This document shows, one piece after another, positions 12,687-25,300 of a stretch of DNA of 64,000 nt (its first letter is position 1; each line of letters begins with the position of its first letter). This DNA comes from Callorhinchus milii. Its lineage: Eukaryota. The stretch is from the NCBI RefSeq assembly GCF_018977255.1, contig NW_024704757.1:16058001-16122000 (forward strand). The letters run 5' to 3'. The translations under genes and the position numbers were made by a program. The notes below the pieces were generated by a model that saw only the letters and a list, made by a program, of their open reading frames with translations, had not been told where the DNA came from and did not search any database.

Positions 12687-13919
12687 AAACAGCTTCACAA
12701 ACCCTCGTCCTCTGTCCCTATCTTTGCTAGTCAGAGAGTGAACTTACCTCAGTCAGTTTCAAGGCACTTTCACTGCAGACAGAAGAGAAAAGCAATGCAA
12801 AATGTTGCTTTCACCAACATATACTTGTCTTCCTTCCTTATATACACAGTATATATATATATATATTATATATATGTGACGAGGTTTTAACTAAATATAT
12901 ACAGATGCTCTGTTCCTTTTTTAAAAATAAATCCGAAATCCTTAGTGCAATCTATTCATCTGCTAGTGATCCATTCGGAATATTCGTCCCTGGAGCTGAT
13001 GTGCTTATTATACACTGATGTACTGTAGAGCCTGTCCTTTCACCAACGACTGTCACTCCAAACACCGCTGCAGTTAATGCTGAGCTGGAAGCAATTACTC
13101 AGTTCCTGGTGTCTCGTTAGAGAGAGAGAGAGAGTGTGTGTGTGTGCGTGTTTGCGCGGGGGGAGGGGGAGTGATGTCCATCCTGGAACACTCACTTGTA
13201 TAATTACATCCCTTAGGGACACAATGTGTTTGTTGCTTTATATAAACTCCTGATAATGCCTGAATAATGTGCCCTAAGTATAAACAAGCGCGCTGCAAGT
13301 AAATAAGGTTCGATTATTAACAATAATACTCCTTGCATTCGATATAGTGCCTTATCACGTCATCATTAAAACATCTCAAAGTGCTTGTTGTGGAGTGGAT
13401 TGACTGTACACACACACAGACACATATAAGTGTGTTCAAAACATGAGGATGAATCGAGCAGCCCTGGAGGCGGTTAGAATTCAGCGCTTTTAAGCAGTTT
13501 TGCTGTCAAACATGTGGCTGCCTGTTTACCCTCAAACTTTCAGGAATTCATCGCTTCCAGACTAACTTCTGACAGAACTCCACCGGCTCTGTGTGTCTTA
13601 ATATTAACACTGAATATGTATTCGGTGCAAATAGAGGCCAGCCCACAGGCAGGAACCGCAAAATAAGTTGAAATCATTGTTTCCAACTTATTGGAAAGGA
13701 GGGCCCGTAATAAATCAGAAGTAGTAGTACTGTACTGAAAATACTGTACTCTTGAATGGTGTTATTCCATCAATTAAAGCCACAGTTTGTTTAAAGGGAC
13801 TATTTGCTTTCGAATACATTCAGACTGAAACTCTAGTTGGATGGAGAGCTTCAGTGTGAACAATGGTTAGTTGCTGTGTGAACACGAAGCACTTATAGAA
13901 TTATACAATAAGCAATTAT

Positions 13920-14272
13920 GGAGCACTCACTTCACAAGCAAGAGACCCGAGTTCGATTCCCGGCAGGGCGAAACGTTCAGCAAATTTCCTCACTCCACAC
14001 TCGCCTCGGTTTACCTCGCAGCAAGCAGGAATCTGGTTGTTAGTGATTGGCGGATCGCTTTTCCGGGGGTAATAAGCCCTTCAAAAAACAATAATAATTT
14101 GGTCACTCAATCCACGACTGTTTGTGGGACGCTGCCGTGTGCAATTGGCTGCTGCGTTTCGCCCACAAAAATACAGTCAATTCACTTCACAGTATGTTCT
14201 GCGAAGCGCTTTGAGACGTCTCGAAGAAGTGATAAGGCGCTGTATCAAATGCAAGGATGATTATTATTATAA
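13920..14272 (+). mobile_element. SINE copy
   Basis: B box GAGTTCGATTCC, body and (TTA)n tail. Confidence 0.85.
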
Positions 14273-14739
14273 TTGTCAGTTTCAGCTCCCAGCGGGTCTG
14301 TGGAATTGAGCTAAGTGCCGAGGCACCAGGAAATTGATTATAATAATGCTGGTTGGCCACAAACTGACCCTTTGCATCGGTTGGATTTCACAAAATGTGT
14401 GAATGCAAGAGGGGCCAAGCAGCAATTTCAAAGCATTTATATTTCAGGAATGGGAGAGGAGGGGGAAGGAATAATCACTTTATTTCCTCTCTGTTTATCT
14501 CTCTGTTTACAAAGTGGTGCATTGGAATGAGTCGGCAAGGATGTGAACTGGGATTTTTTTCCTGCATTTTGCTAAAGGGGGTGAAAAATACATCACAGCA
14601 TATGAAATAACAGATAACAAGCGAGCAAAGGAACTTTTATGATCAAGATATTTTAAATCTTGGGAGTAAAATTTCAACTGCATCTAGATTTACTCGGAGA
14701 ATTTCTTTTCACATCAGGAAAACCTGTGGATGCACTTCA

Positions 14740-15112
14740 AGGGATTTGCGGTAAATTGACTGTGTACTTTGTTGGCAAATGGTGGGGGCAGCCAACTTGC
14801 GCACAGCAATGTCCCCACAAGCAGCCACGCAGTGAATGATCAATCTTGTCCGGGGAATTATTGGTCAGGATACCAGGAGAGAATCGTTTCTCTTTTCCAG
14901 TTGGATCTTTAACGTTCACCTGAACAGACACAGAATTGACATAGGTTTAACATCTCATTCACTGTCAACGGATGCAGTCCACACGCCATTGAATTGGAGC
15001 GTCAGCCTAGACTGTGAGTTCAAAGTCCCGATGTGAGGCTTGAACCCACAACCTTCAGACTCAGAGACGAGAGAGGGAGGGAGAGAGAGCGATACCAGCT
15101 GAGCCAGGCACC
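14740..15112 (-). mobile_element. Older DeuSINE/SacSINE1-like element
   Basis: Head GGCTCAGCTGG..GTGGGTTCAAGCC and core TGAGATGTTAAACC..GTCTGTTCAGGTGAACGTTAAAGATCC on -. Confidence 0.65.
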
Positions 15113-17814
15113 TTGGCTGACAATTTGGCAAAGTCAGTACAATAGTAAATCTTAAGACTCGGGTGACTCTCTATTCAAGAGTTCCTCTGTGCAGCATGAG
15201 CTTATTGTAAGCTGTGAACACCAGCCTCCTCAGTGAGTGAGTATGTTCAGTGGCGTGCGTGTGTGTGTTCAATCCTAACCCATTAAAAATTAAACACTCA
15301 CACATACTGTACATTACCACACAGCTGTCAAATTATTACATCTCGCAGAAACCTGCTCGTTATCGAGGCAGAACTCGGTTTGGCCTTCTGTTCTACTTTG
15401 CACCACATTCTGTGCACTCAGCAGCTGTTACAGGTGTTCAGGAGTGCATTACAATAGCAAAATGTGTGTGTGACACAGCACCCTGTCAAGTGCTGTGTTG
15501 CGCAAGGGCCAACGCAGCACCCGGCTCTGTGCAGCAGTCCAAGACGCTGTCCTCTACAAACCGCAAGTTGTTGTTGATGTCGGAGTTGGGCACTGACACT
15601 AAGCTCTGGTTCGTGGGAGATCCTAATCCCAAGACACATCGTTGTGGTGAAACACTGAATGAAGCCCAGGTGGCTCCCCTCGAGGAGGAAAGGAGAATCA
15701 AAGGAGCAGACGCCCTATTCACTTCCCTCGAGGTCGTTCACTTAGAAAATCGAAAGCCAATGCCATCAGCCTGTCGATTGGCCAGGAACAGTGACTGCAA
15801 GGCAGTCTCACAACTTGGTTCTCAGAATTCGAGGCTTTGAAGATGAGTCGACGGCTTGTTCTGCACTGAACTTGAGTTTCATCAAACCGTCAATCAGTAA
15901 CATTCAGTCAGCCGGTTCCCCACAGTGGACAAGCCCCCAGCGAAGACGATTGGAAACATAAGATGGTGTCGGGGGAGGCAATGCTGCAGCATGAAAGGGT
16001 CCTATTGTAAGCGGAACAATGGCCTTTGTACCTGGTGATTCTCTATCTTTCTTTCATTATTTAAAAGCCGTCATTTATCCACCTCATCCCAAAGGAGACC
16101 CGGTGCTATTAAGCCACAGAGATGGATTTGCCCAGGGCAGCTTCAGGGCTGAAAATCGAGTAGTTAATCACTGCTTTTCGAGGCCAGATGTTTTTGCTGT
16201 ACCTTTACCACTGACACCCTCTTTGCAACTACTTTGACATTGAAGTTTTAAGTCAAGTATCAGAAGCAGAAAGTGGGAGAGGGAGAAAAAGTGAGAGGGA
16301 GAAAGATGGGAATTGAACACCAGCCACCATTGAATTTCAGCTATTATGACAGGTGTCAATGTCACTGTGGGCCATTCATTTAGGAACATGATGATCCCAA
16401 GATTTTGACCAGCCAGAGCTTTCGAGACAGATTTGTTAACATTTGTCTTGTATTTGGTCACTCAATCCTCGGCTGTTTGTGGGGACGCTGCTGTGTGCAA
16501 TTGGCTGTCGCGCCTTGGGATGTCCTCCCGACGTGAAAGGCGCTCTATAAATGAAATCTTGTTGTTGTTGTCGCGTTTCGCCCACAAAATATATACAGTC
16601 AATTGACTTTGTATTCTGTGAAGCACTTTGAAACGTCTCAAAGACGTGATGCGGTGCTTAATCAAATGCAGGATTATTATTATTATTGTTAGGAAGCCTA
16701 TGAAGATCTCATTGAACTTTTCCCAGATTCTACATAAAGTTAAGGTGAACTTAAATGATTGACGTAGCCGCACACTCTGCACAACTTAAAGGCAGAAAAA
16801 AGGGGGAAATTGAGCAGAAGTGATTGAGGGACATTAACAAGTCTATATATTTGAGAGTTTGACATTGAGCAGATGTGCGGCAATGGCCTTGTTTTGGTCC
16901 TGTGGGTTCCAATGTTCCTAAGTCAAAGTGCCAGTTTTCCATTCTGTTCCTCACCAGAGTAGCGAGGTTGAAACTGCAAACTCAGCAACATGATCCATCA
17001 CAGACCTTGTTTACCTAGTGTCCGTGCTCCTACACATCCATTTCGCCCCGCCAGCTGGGATCAGTCATCTTGAATTATTTGCATAGCAGTTGCTGTAACT
17101 GCGCTATTTTTACTGCCATCAGTTTAGTTGTAAAATCTAATCCTTTGAGCTGATCCACAGCATTAGGCACAGAAATGTGTGTATAATGACTCTGGGGCTT
17201 AACATGGTGCTGGAAACATCCAGAAATAAAACAAATCATTCTAAAGAAAGGGAAAGAGAATGACCAAATGGAGGTTTTATCCTCGTTCATTAATGTGGAT
17301 CTGTTTGGCTATTGCTGCCCATATTAGTAGTTCAACCGCTTTAATGCAAGCACTATCGTAATTAAACTGTGGTCTCCCACCCCATGAACTGCAAACCATT
17401 GTCCCTTTGCTGTGTGTTTGTCTGTAGCGAACATTGTCAGTCATGAACCAGGATTATTCTCAGAAAGTGATGGTTTGCAATATATATGAAAAGCCAGTCA
17501 TCCTGACAAAGAGTCTTTGTCAAAGAAACTCTGATGGATTTAGCAGTGAAGCTCAGTTTCAGAAATATTGTCAACACAGCAAAATCCTTCAGAACAAATT
17601 ATACTTGGAGCCTTTTCGGGTTTTTTTGGGGGGGGGGGGGTGGCGGGGAGGAGAATGCCACATGGGATGTGATAATCAACACCAGTCACATTTTTCACCC
17701 TTATGAATTTTGTTTCCATAAGCATGAAATCAACAGCTGCCAATGAACCCTCCCACCGCAAATAACAACTTATACTTCTGCAGCACCTCATGTAGGATAA
17801 CAACACATGACGTT

Positions 17815-18110
17815 CACACATTTACATCGTGCCTTTCACGTCAGGAGGACGTCCCAAGGCGCTGGACAGTCAGGGATTTGGACCCGAGCTGGTGGTTGGG
17901 ATCAGGAGGGATGGAGGGCAGGGAGGGTGGGGGTAGGAGGCTGGCTGAAGGCGTGGTCGAAGAGGAGGGTCTTGACGGAGGCAAAGGGAGGGAGCGAGGC
18001 CAAGCGACTGTGGCATGGAGACAGGCTGAAGGCGTGACCGCCGATAGTGTGGTGTGCCAGGCTGAGCTGGTGGAGGGAAATGGAGCAGGCCACAGCACAT
18101 TGAGCGGAAG
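17815..18110 (-). mobile_element. L2 LINE 3' fragment (related pieces at about 28060-28250 +, 41690-41795 -, 54760-54815 -, 56820-56890 -, 57853-58060 -, 62860-63040 -)
   Basis: Same tail and GGACAGTCAGGGATTTGGAC 3'UTR as the other L2 copies. Confidence 0.7.
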
Positions 18111-18570
18111 GAGCGAACGGGTAACATTTAACAGATTTCGAAAGAGAATAACATTTTGAAAGCAACTCCCCCCCCCCGCCCACCTTTCCACCCCCCCACC
18201 AACCCTCCCACCCTCCACTCCCCCAACATTGGCGTAAGTTCAATATTCTGCAGCTGTCTGTCCGTCAGTGAGGTGTGATCCCTGAATAAGCCCAATGTCA
18301 CAAAGAGATTGCAGCAGCATGGTCAACCTCTTCATAAGAGCAGCACAGGAGAGCAAGCCCGGCCCATGCAATCTGTCAAGTGCTCAGCTTGGTTCACTGT
18401 AAAACCCGTGCTCTCCTCTGTGACATTCATCACAAGAGATGAGCTGCTCTCTCCTAAGCTCGTCGAGTTGGGAGTTGTATATTATGATCCGTGTCTAGCT
18501 CTTTAGAGCAGAGTAGAGGGAATCATCAACTCCTAAAGCATTATAATGCTAATGGTTAATGGCCATCTGG

Positions 18571-18573
18571 CAT

Positions 18574-18615
<42 letters not shown>

Positions 18616-18660
18616 TCACAGACACACACACAGACACACACACACAGACACACACACACA
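18571..18660. repeat. (CA)n microsatellite
   Basis: Read directly. Confidence 0.9.
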
Positions 18661-20533
18661 GGGCACTCTGAGTTCACAGTCCAGGCTGAGCGCCCACTGT
18701 ACAAGACAGAGCCATTTACACTCCATTACTGTAAATTATAAACGATAATTATTCATAACATTAACATATTAATTAACACTGCATTAGAACTAATACCAAC
18801 TGGTTCTGATCAAATTATATTTACCGACTGTCAAATTGCCTTTCTTTCTTTAGGGCCTCTTTGATGAATTGCATCACGTAACTACGTAATGAAAGAATTA
18901 ACATTTTTAACACAATGCTTACTTAATAATAATAACCCTTGCATTACTTAATCAATTACTGTAGATAAAACCAACCCTGCCAAATATGTTTTATTGATTA
19001 GCAAGCAGTAATATACAATAAACTCCTTATAACTCGATCCTGCCGTAACTTGTCACGACCATTTGAGTCATCATTCTGTCAATATTCTGGCCACATTTTT
19101 GTTTCACCCACAAATATGAGACATCTACAAGACGTGAAAAGCGCTATATCAAATGCAAGGATTATTTACATTAATATGTATATCATGTCTTTGAAATGCC
19201 TCAAAGCACTTCACAGAATATACTGTAATATTTTTACATATGTCTAACGCGCCACTCTGGATAACTGATCACTCATCCCCACCCCCTAGAGTGACGAGTT
19301 ATCAGGAGTTCACTGGATTTAGCAGCTCATTAGGAAGTTATACATTTAGATTTGATCCAAAATGTTCTGGGAATATAGCATGTAGGGCTATTAATAGGAT
19401 AGTTGGCTGAAATCATCAGTACATGGTTCAGTCTGTTATATGTTATAATATCTCTGCCTGAGTCAGTTACTCAACACGATGGGCCAACATATTGAAAATC
19501 ATAGAGAATTATAGATGTCAAACAATCCTCTCCCTGTCTCGTTGTTGCTTGGAAATTGAGCTCCATGGACAACAGCAGCCTTATAAGCCTAAGAACTTGA
19601 GACGGTTTTATCATCTTGACTGGGAAAAGCCTCTCAAACAATGGTGGAACTGGTGGTGGGAGGAAAATGGGGACAACCTACACAGGAGTTTCTCATTGCA
19701 ACTTATCAATAAAAAAACCACATTGGGTATCAGATGGCGAAAGAATAGCAATACATCAAAAGAACTAAAAGTACAAGGCATTAGCCAGTTAGGAGAGATG
19801 AGTAAGAGCTCACTGCACGTTCAATACCCACCAGCAACCAACCATTTAAGAAGAGCAGGAATATTTACTGCGATTTTTCTATATTGGTTCAAACGAGTTT
19901 GCAAATCTGAAAGACAAACTACAGTAGTCAAATGCAGGAATAAGCACAAATCAGGCCCAGCTGGTAAACACGGGCTGTCCTTGCAATCACATCAGCACCT
20001 GTTTCAATAAAGAGGAAAATGGTTCAAAGCAAGGCAAATCAGCACAATCATCAAAACCACACACACACACATAGCTTTTATGCAAAGCAGAGTTGGGAGT
20101 GGAGGGAGCGAGGCAAGACATATTGCAACCCGAGATTGTTTAAGTTCCAGTGACAAATTTGATTTCCTGCAAGAAGCAAATCATTCGAAATGCAGATATT
20201 TATAAACCCGCTCGCAAACATCAATTACATTCAAAGCAGCTTCTACGTATTGAGAAGCGTGTTATTTTTATAGGTTCACGGTCACGAGAAAATTGCGCAT
20301 TACTCACACATTCAGACTTTTTCCTCTTTTTTTTGTCTTATTGTCCTCTTACTCATTCTAATCCTCCTGTGGATTATTCACAACTGGCTTTTATTTGACC
20401 GCCAATCCCAACTACAGATTGATTCTTCTTAGCTCAGTTGGTAGCACTCCTGCGTCTGGGGTCACAAGTTGTGGGTCCACACCCCATGTCAGGACTGAGG
20501 CCAGACTGACAGTCCAGTGCAGTCCTGAGACAC

Positions 20534-20908
20534 AATAATAATCCTTGCATTTGATTATAGCGCCTTATCACATATTCAAGTCGTCTCAAAGCGCTTCACA
20601 GAAATATACTGAAACGCGAATTGACTGTAATATTTTGTGGACGAAACGTGGCAGCCAATTGCACACAGCAGCGTCCCTCACAAACAGTCGTGGATTGGGT
20701 GACCAAATTATTTTTTTTTAAATATATATTTTTTGAAAGGATTTTTACCTTGGAAAAGCGATCAGCCAATCGACTAACAACCAGGTTCCTACTTATGCTA
20801 GGCAAAGAGAGTAAAGAAATTTGCCGAAACTATCACCCTGGCCAGGAATTGATCCCGGGACTTCTTGATTGCGAGGCGAGTGCTATAACCACTAAGCTAC
20901 AGGACTCC
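20534..20908 (-). mobile_element. SINE copy, full length
   Basis: Head (..CTACAGGACTCC), body and tail match the family. Confidence 0.85.
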
Positions 20909-21024
20909 ATTGATTGACACTCCAGGGCAGTACTGACAAACAACCTACTAATGCAAGAAAGGCAATGCAGAGACCTCGCGAGACGAGTAGACAACATCTT
21001 CTTTTGTATTAAAAAATTTAATTG

Positions 21025-21030
21025 TTTATT
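21025..21030 (-). terminator. Probable polyadenylation signal of the 720-aa gene
   Basis: tttatt (AATAAA on -) at the end of an AT-rich ~1.35-kb 3'UTR-like tract. Confidence 0.5.
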
Positions 21031-22377
21031 AAATAGTACTTTGCAATGTGGGGTTGAAAGATCTGAATACAATAGACCCAGAGAAAAATATACATTCAGT
21101 AGCAAGAATTAAAAATGGATTGAAAATTAAAAAGGATTTCGCTCGCTCCCTCTTTTTTAAAACCCTTGTAAAATATTGAAAATTGGATATGCAAAATGTC
21201 ACTTTTGTTTTGCTCAACAATGACCAGAACAAATCAACTGAAAATTGCAACAAAACTGTAAATATATACAGGAACTGGTCTCAAAACCTTACAGAGCAAG
21301 TTCAGCTCAGAGTACAAGGCACCATCCAAACCAGAACAGTTAAAGAAACACAGCCTTTTCTGTTTATGTAAATAGAAAAAAAATTGGCAAAGCTCAAACA
21401 TTTACTGGCTCTTCAACATTGCCACCGATATGGTCTTCAGCATCTAAAGTTCCTCTTCTGAATCTCAAGTAGAAAAGCAATTGGTGAGGTACCACTGCCA
21501 GATAAGGTGCTCATGGTTCACAGAAATTAATGTAAGTTAATGAATAATTTAATCATCAAGAACCCAGAAGATATTACAAACATATTTGGTTTTTTTTAAC
21601 TAAGGCGATTTTTTTAAAAAGGAATCTACTGCAGAGAATGTCTTGTTGAGACGTCTCAAGTACTTTACAGAATATACTGTAAACTGAATTGACTATATTT
21701 TGTGGGCGAAACGCGGCAGCCAATGGTGCACAGGAGTGTCCCACAAAAAGTCATGGGTTGAGCGACCAAATTATTATTATTATTTTATTTATATTTTTTA
21801 AGGGATTATTCCTTCTCCTCCTGTCATGTGTGGTCATCAGATTAGCCAAAAAACACACAAAAAAAACTTTTTAGCCTCTCTCCCCTAAAGCAAGCCAATA
21901 ATAAGAGTTTCAGAGAATCCCCGACCCTCCAACCTCCCTGTGCTCCAGTTTCAGATTGACCGCGTTGTGTGAGTGAGTTAAAGGGCCAAACGCCACCCAA
22001 GTATCAGGATTGCAGTCCAGCTTCGTAACGTAACGTAAATATAGGACAGGAAGAACAGTCACATTCAACCTTTGAAACGCTGACTAATCTAATGCACATT
22101 TCCTGGATTTACATTAAGGAGTAAAGCTTTTTTTTCCCTCGCAGATGTACCCTCTCAAGAACAATCTTCTCAATCTTCTCAGAGACTAACTACAAGTGGA
22201 TGACTTATTACCAGAGAGAAGTTTTATTAAAACAAAGTGAAATTTCCATTAAAATCAGACGATTGCGGTTGGTGCCAGGCTCTCAGGAGCACAATTTGCA
22301 GGAATGTTCGGTCGAGATTGGCCACAGTTAATCCACCTTTTCCAGCCATCATCAGGACTGCCACATTGTAGGGAGCA

Positions 22378-25300
22378 TCAGACTTTCTTTAACGCAATCA
22401 TATTTATTTTGTTCCTCAGCTCTGGCAAATGCTTAGCGTTCTGCCTATCAATGGCCGGAATGACCTGATCACAGCAAACAAGAACGTGAAACACAAGTGA
22501 ACAATTCAGATGATTTCTGCAGTGAACTTGAAACTCCACTTCAGTTTTTTTGGAGGGTTCAGCCCGGTGCGGAAACCCATCACCATGCTTAAGAGTATCC
22601 AATTCAGGCAGAGTTCCACATATATATGTCTGCCACCTACATTTCTTGTGTCTAGAATGGAGATTACACTCTCTCTTGTTTAATTAATTCCAGAGAGTAT
22701 CATATCAGGTTGGCAATAGCTAAGGCTTGAAGACACCACAGTTTGCGCTGGGGTAATATTGCAGCTTAACAAGATAAAGTCACATAGTTTACCACTGAGA
22801 GTATGAGAGCGCTGTCTGGCAAGCTTCCTGCTGCTGGTCCAGCTGGGAATTAATTGAAGCCAAATGGTAAAAATTCTTGCTACCAAGTGGCCAGTCTGTC
22901 CCTTCCAAGTCTTGTTGACGAGCCAGGCTGGCTGGAGTGTCATCAACAGTGCCCTGGGGTGTAGTGGAATTCACCTGGCTCAGGAATCAGACTACCGTGC
23001 AGGGTTGACTTGATTTCTGACATTGCCATGGCTGGAAACGGTTCAACTTTAAATCAATGATATCCTGAAAGATTTCCATCAGTGATGCTCGAGAGTCAAG
23101 ATAGTGTGAATTCCCCCCCCACAAGCTCACAGCAAAAGCTCAGCACATTAGTGCTGTTCAAACATGCAGTGGCAAGATGCAAGTTAACACCTGGGACACT
23201 CCACCGAGAGGAAATCAGGTGCTAACAAGGAAACCAACAAAATCACTGCAGGCAACTGTAATGCAGCCTCTCGGGTTTAGTTACAAACCCACACAGACAA
23301 GTACTCGGGAGCTTACAGTCCTCCCTGATGGCTGGGCTGACGTGGGACATGGATAAAGAGCAGATCACAAAATAAAGTGGATTAGGATACAACAAAACAT
23401 CAAAGCTACATGCAGTGTCTAAATTGCCTCTGTGTCTTCTACAACCCTCCCCCAACAACACACAAAAAAACAAATCTGCTCCAAAAACATTAAATCAGAT
23501 TAACCTTAGACATCTAGTCACACTGACCTTATTTTGTAGAAAACTGTGAAGTGTCTGTTCCCACACACATTCGTTCCCCTTCAGTCTGAAGGGACAATGG
23601 TACATGTTAGCTAAGCTATCGATTGGGAAACTATCAAACTTCTCAAACTAAATCGACTGTAATATTTTATTCAATTACTGAGATGAGTTAAAATGGTCTG
23701 TTAAACGACTATCATCGCGGACACTATTCTAAAGGGGAGAATGGAGAAGAGTGCAAAGCAAATCACGAGACCCAACCGCAAAACTCATAAAGAACACAAA
23801 GGGGTTGGAGTAGATGAGTTGGGTATCTATTGAACATCATTAAATATCAAGGACGTGATCGACAGCCATGAAGGGAATTATAAATTGCGTCAATGATGTA
23901 AGTATTTTGGGGGATACTTATTTCCTTTCCAAATATCTCATCAATATCATTAAAAAACGGAAAAGCTTCAAAATAATTCTTGTCCCTAAACCTAATTTCA
24001 ACTGAGCTGAATTTGTACACAGGTTGTTATTGAGCGAGGGAAAAAGTCAACAACCCAACTCGGGTGTAGAAACACTCACTCTTGCCAGGCTTCCACGAGA
24101 ATCTGGACCATTTGCATGCTGTTGGCCTGCACGCAAGGGTGCGTGTCAGACAGGAAGATATTCACAAAGTCACAAACATAGCCAGCGTCGTGACATTTAA
24201 ACCTGAATATTGAAACAAACAACTAGTGAGGAGCAACACGTACACTTCTAATGGCACCTTTCAGACTGGGAAATCATCTTAAAGCACAATCGATTTGCGG
24301 TGCAGAGTGTATGACTGACTATACATAAGAAAGACACAATAGAACTCACGGAAGAAAAAATCAGTAATACCAAGGTCAAAGCGCTGAGATTAAGGAGACT
24401 TCGACTGAAGACTCATTATATGAGAAAAGATAATCACTGATCCTCACAGCAACAAGCTTACTCTTCTAAATATAATAATCCTTGCATTTGATGTAACGCG
24501 TTATCATGTCGTCGAGATGTCTCAAAGCGCTTCACAGAATATACTGCAAAGTGAATTGACTGTGTATTTTGGGGATGAAATGCAATGTTTGGACGCAAAA
24601 GTGTCATAGCACTGACTGCACAAACCTTCCTCTCTTTCTCTCTGTCAAGAAAAACCCATATAAATGTTCCCAGTGCCAACACCAGTATTAGATAAAGTTT
24701 ACTTACCCCTCAAGCAACATGCCCTTATACATGTAAAGGTTTTTTCCCAATAGTATGCAGAAATGGCGCAAGTTCTCCTCCTCCACCCTCAGCTTGTCAA
24801 GCAGGAGTTTCAGTGCCCACACATTCCTCTAAAATGCACAAATAGCATTGGTCAAGCGCAAGGAAATCCAGGCCCGTCTCCATCCGAACCACTTCACCGC
24901 TGACCGGCCACATCTACATGGAGCTGACAGGCTTGAGATTTGGATTGCGCGGGCCAAACACCAGGAAAAGTGCAGGCTGGTCCTCGGGGAAGGTTGGAAC
25001 TTAGAAAATGTCGCAAACAGTTTTTGATCTCGCAAATTTGAAAGCATTTGCTTTAGTAAGCGTACTTCTATGAGGAAGGAGTTACTTTCTCTTCGTTAAC
25101 AAATTACCTCCTGCTCTTCGTCAGAAAAATAAAGTTTTGAAAGGAGACAGGGAATTTATAGAGGTACATGAGATTGTACAAAAGGTCAGATTTTAATTGT
25201 GCCATCATAGCCATCTAGCGTTCTCCCATGGGGTAGAGCGCAACTGCCTGTTCTATAACTGGGATTTGTAAGGAGGAAATAAAAATGTTTCAAAGCAAAA

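Noticed and set aside
15250-15840. 196-aa ORF
   Set aside because: Non-ATG start and no recognisable homology; non-coding function of the region is not excluded.
19492-20010. 172-aa ORF
   Set aside because: Non-ATG start, no recognisable motif or splice context.
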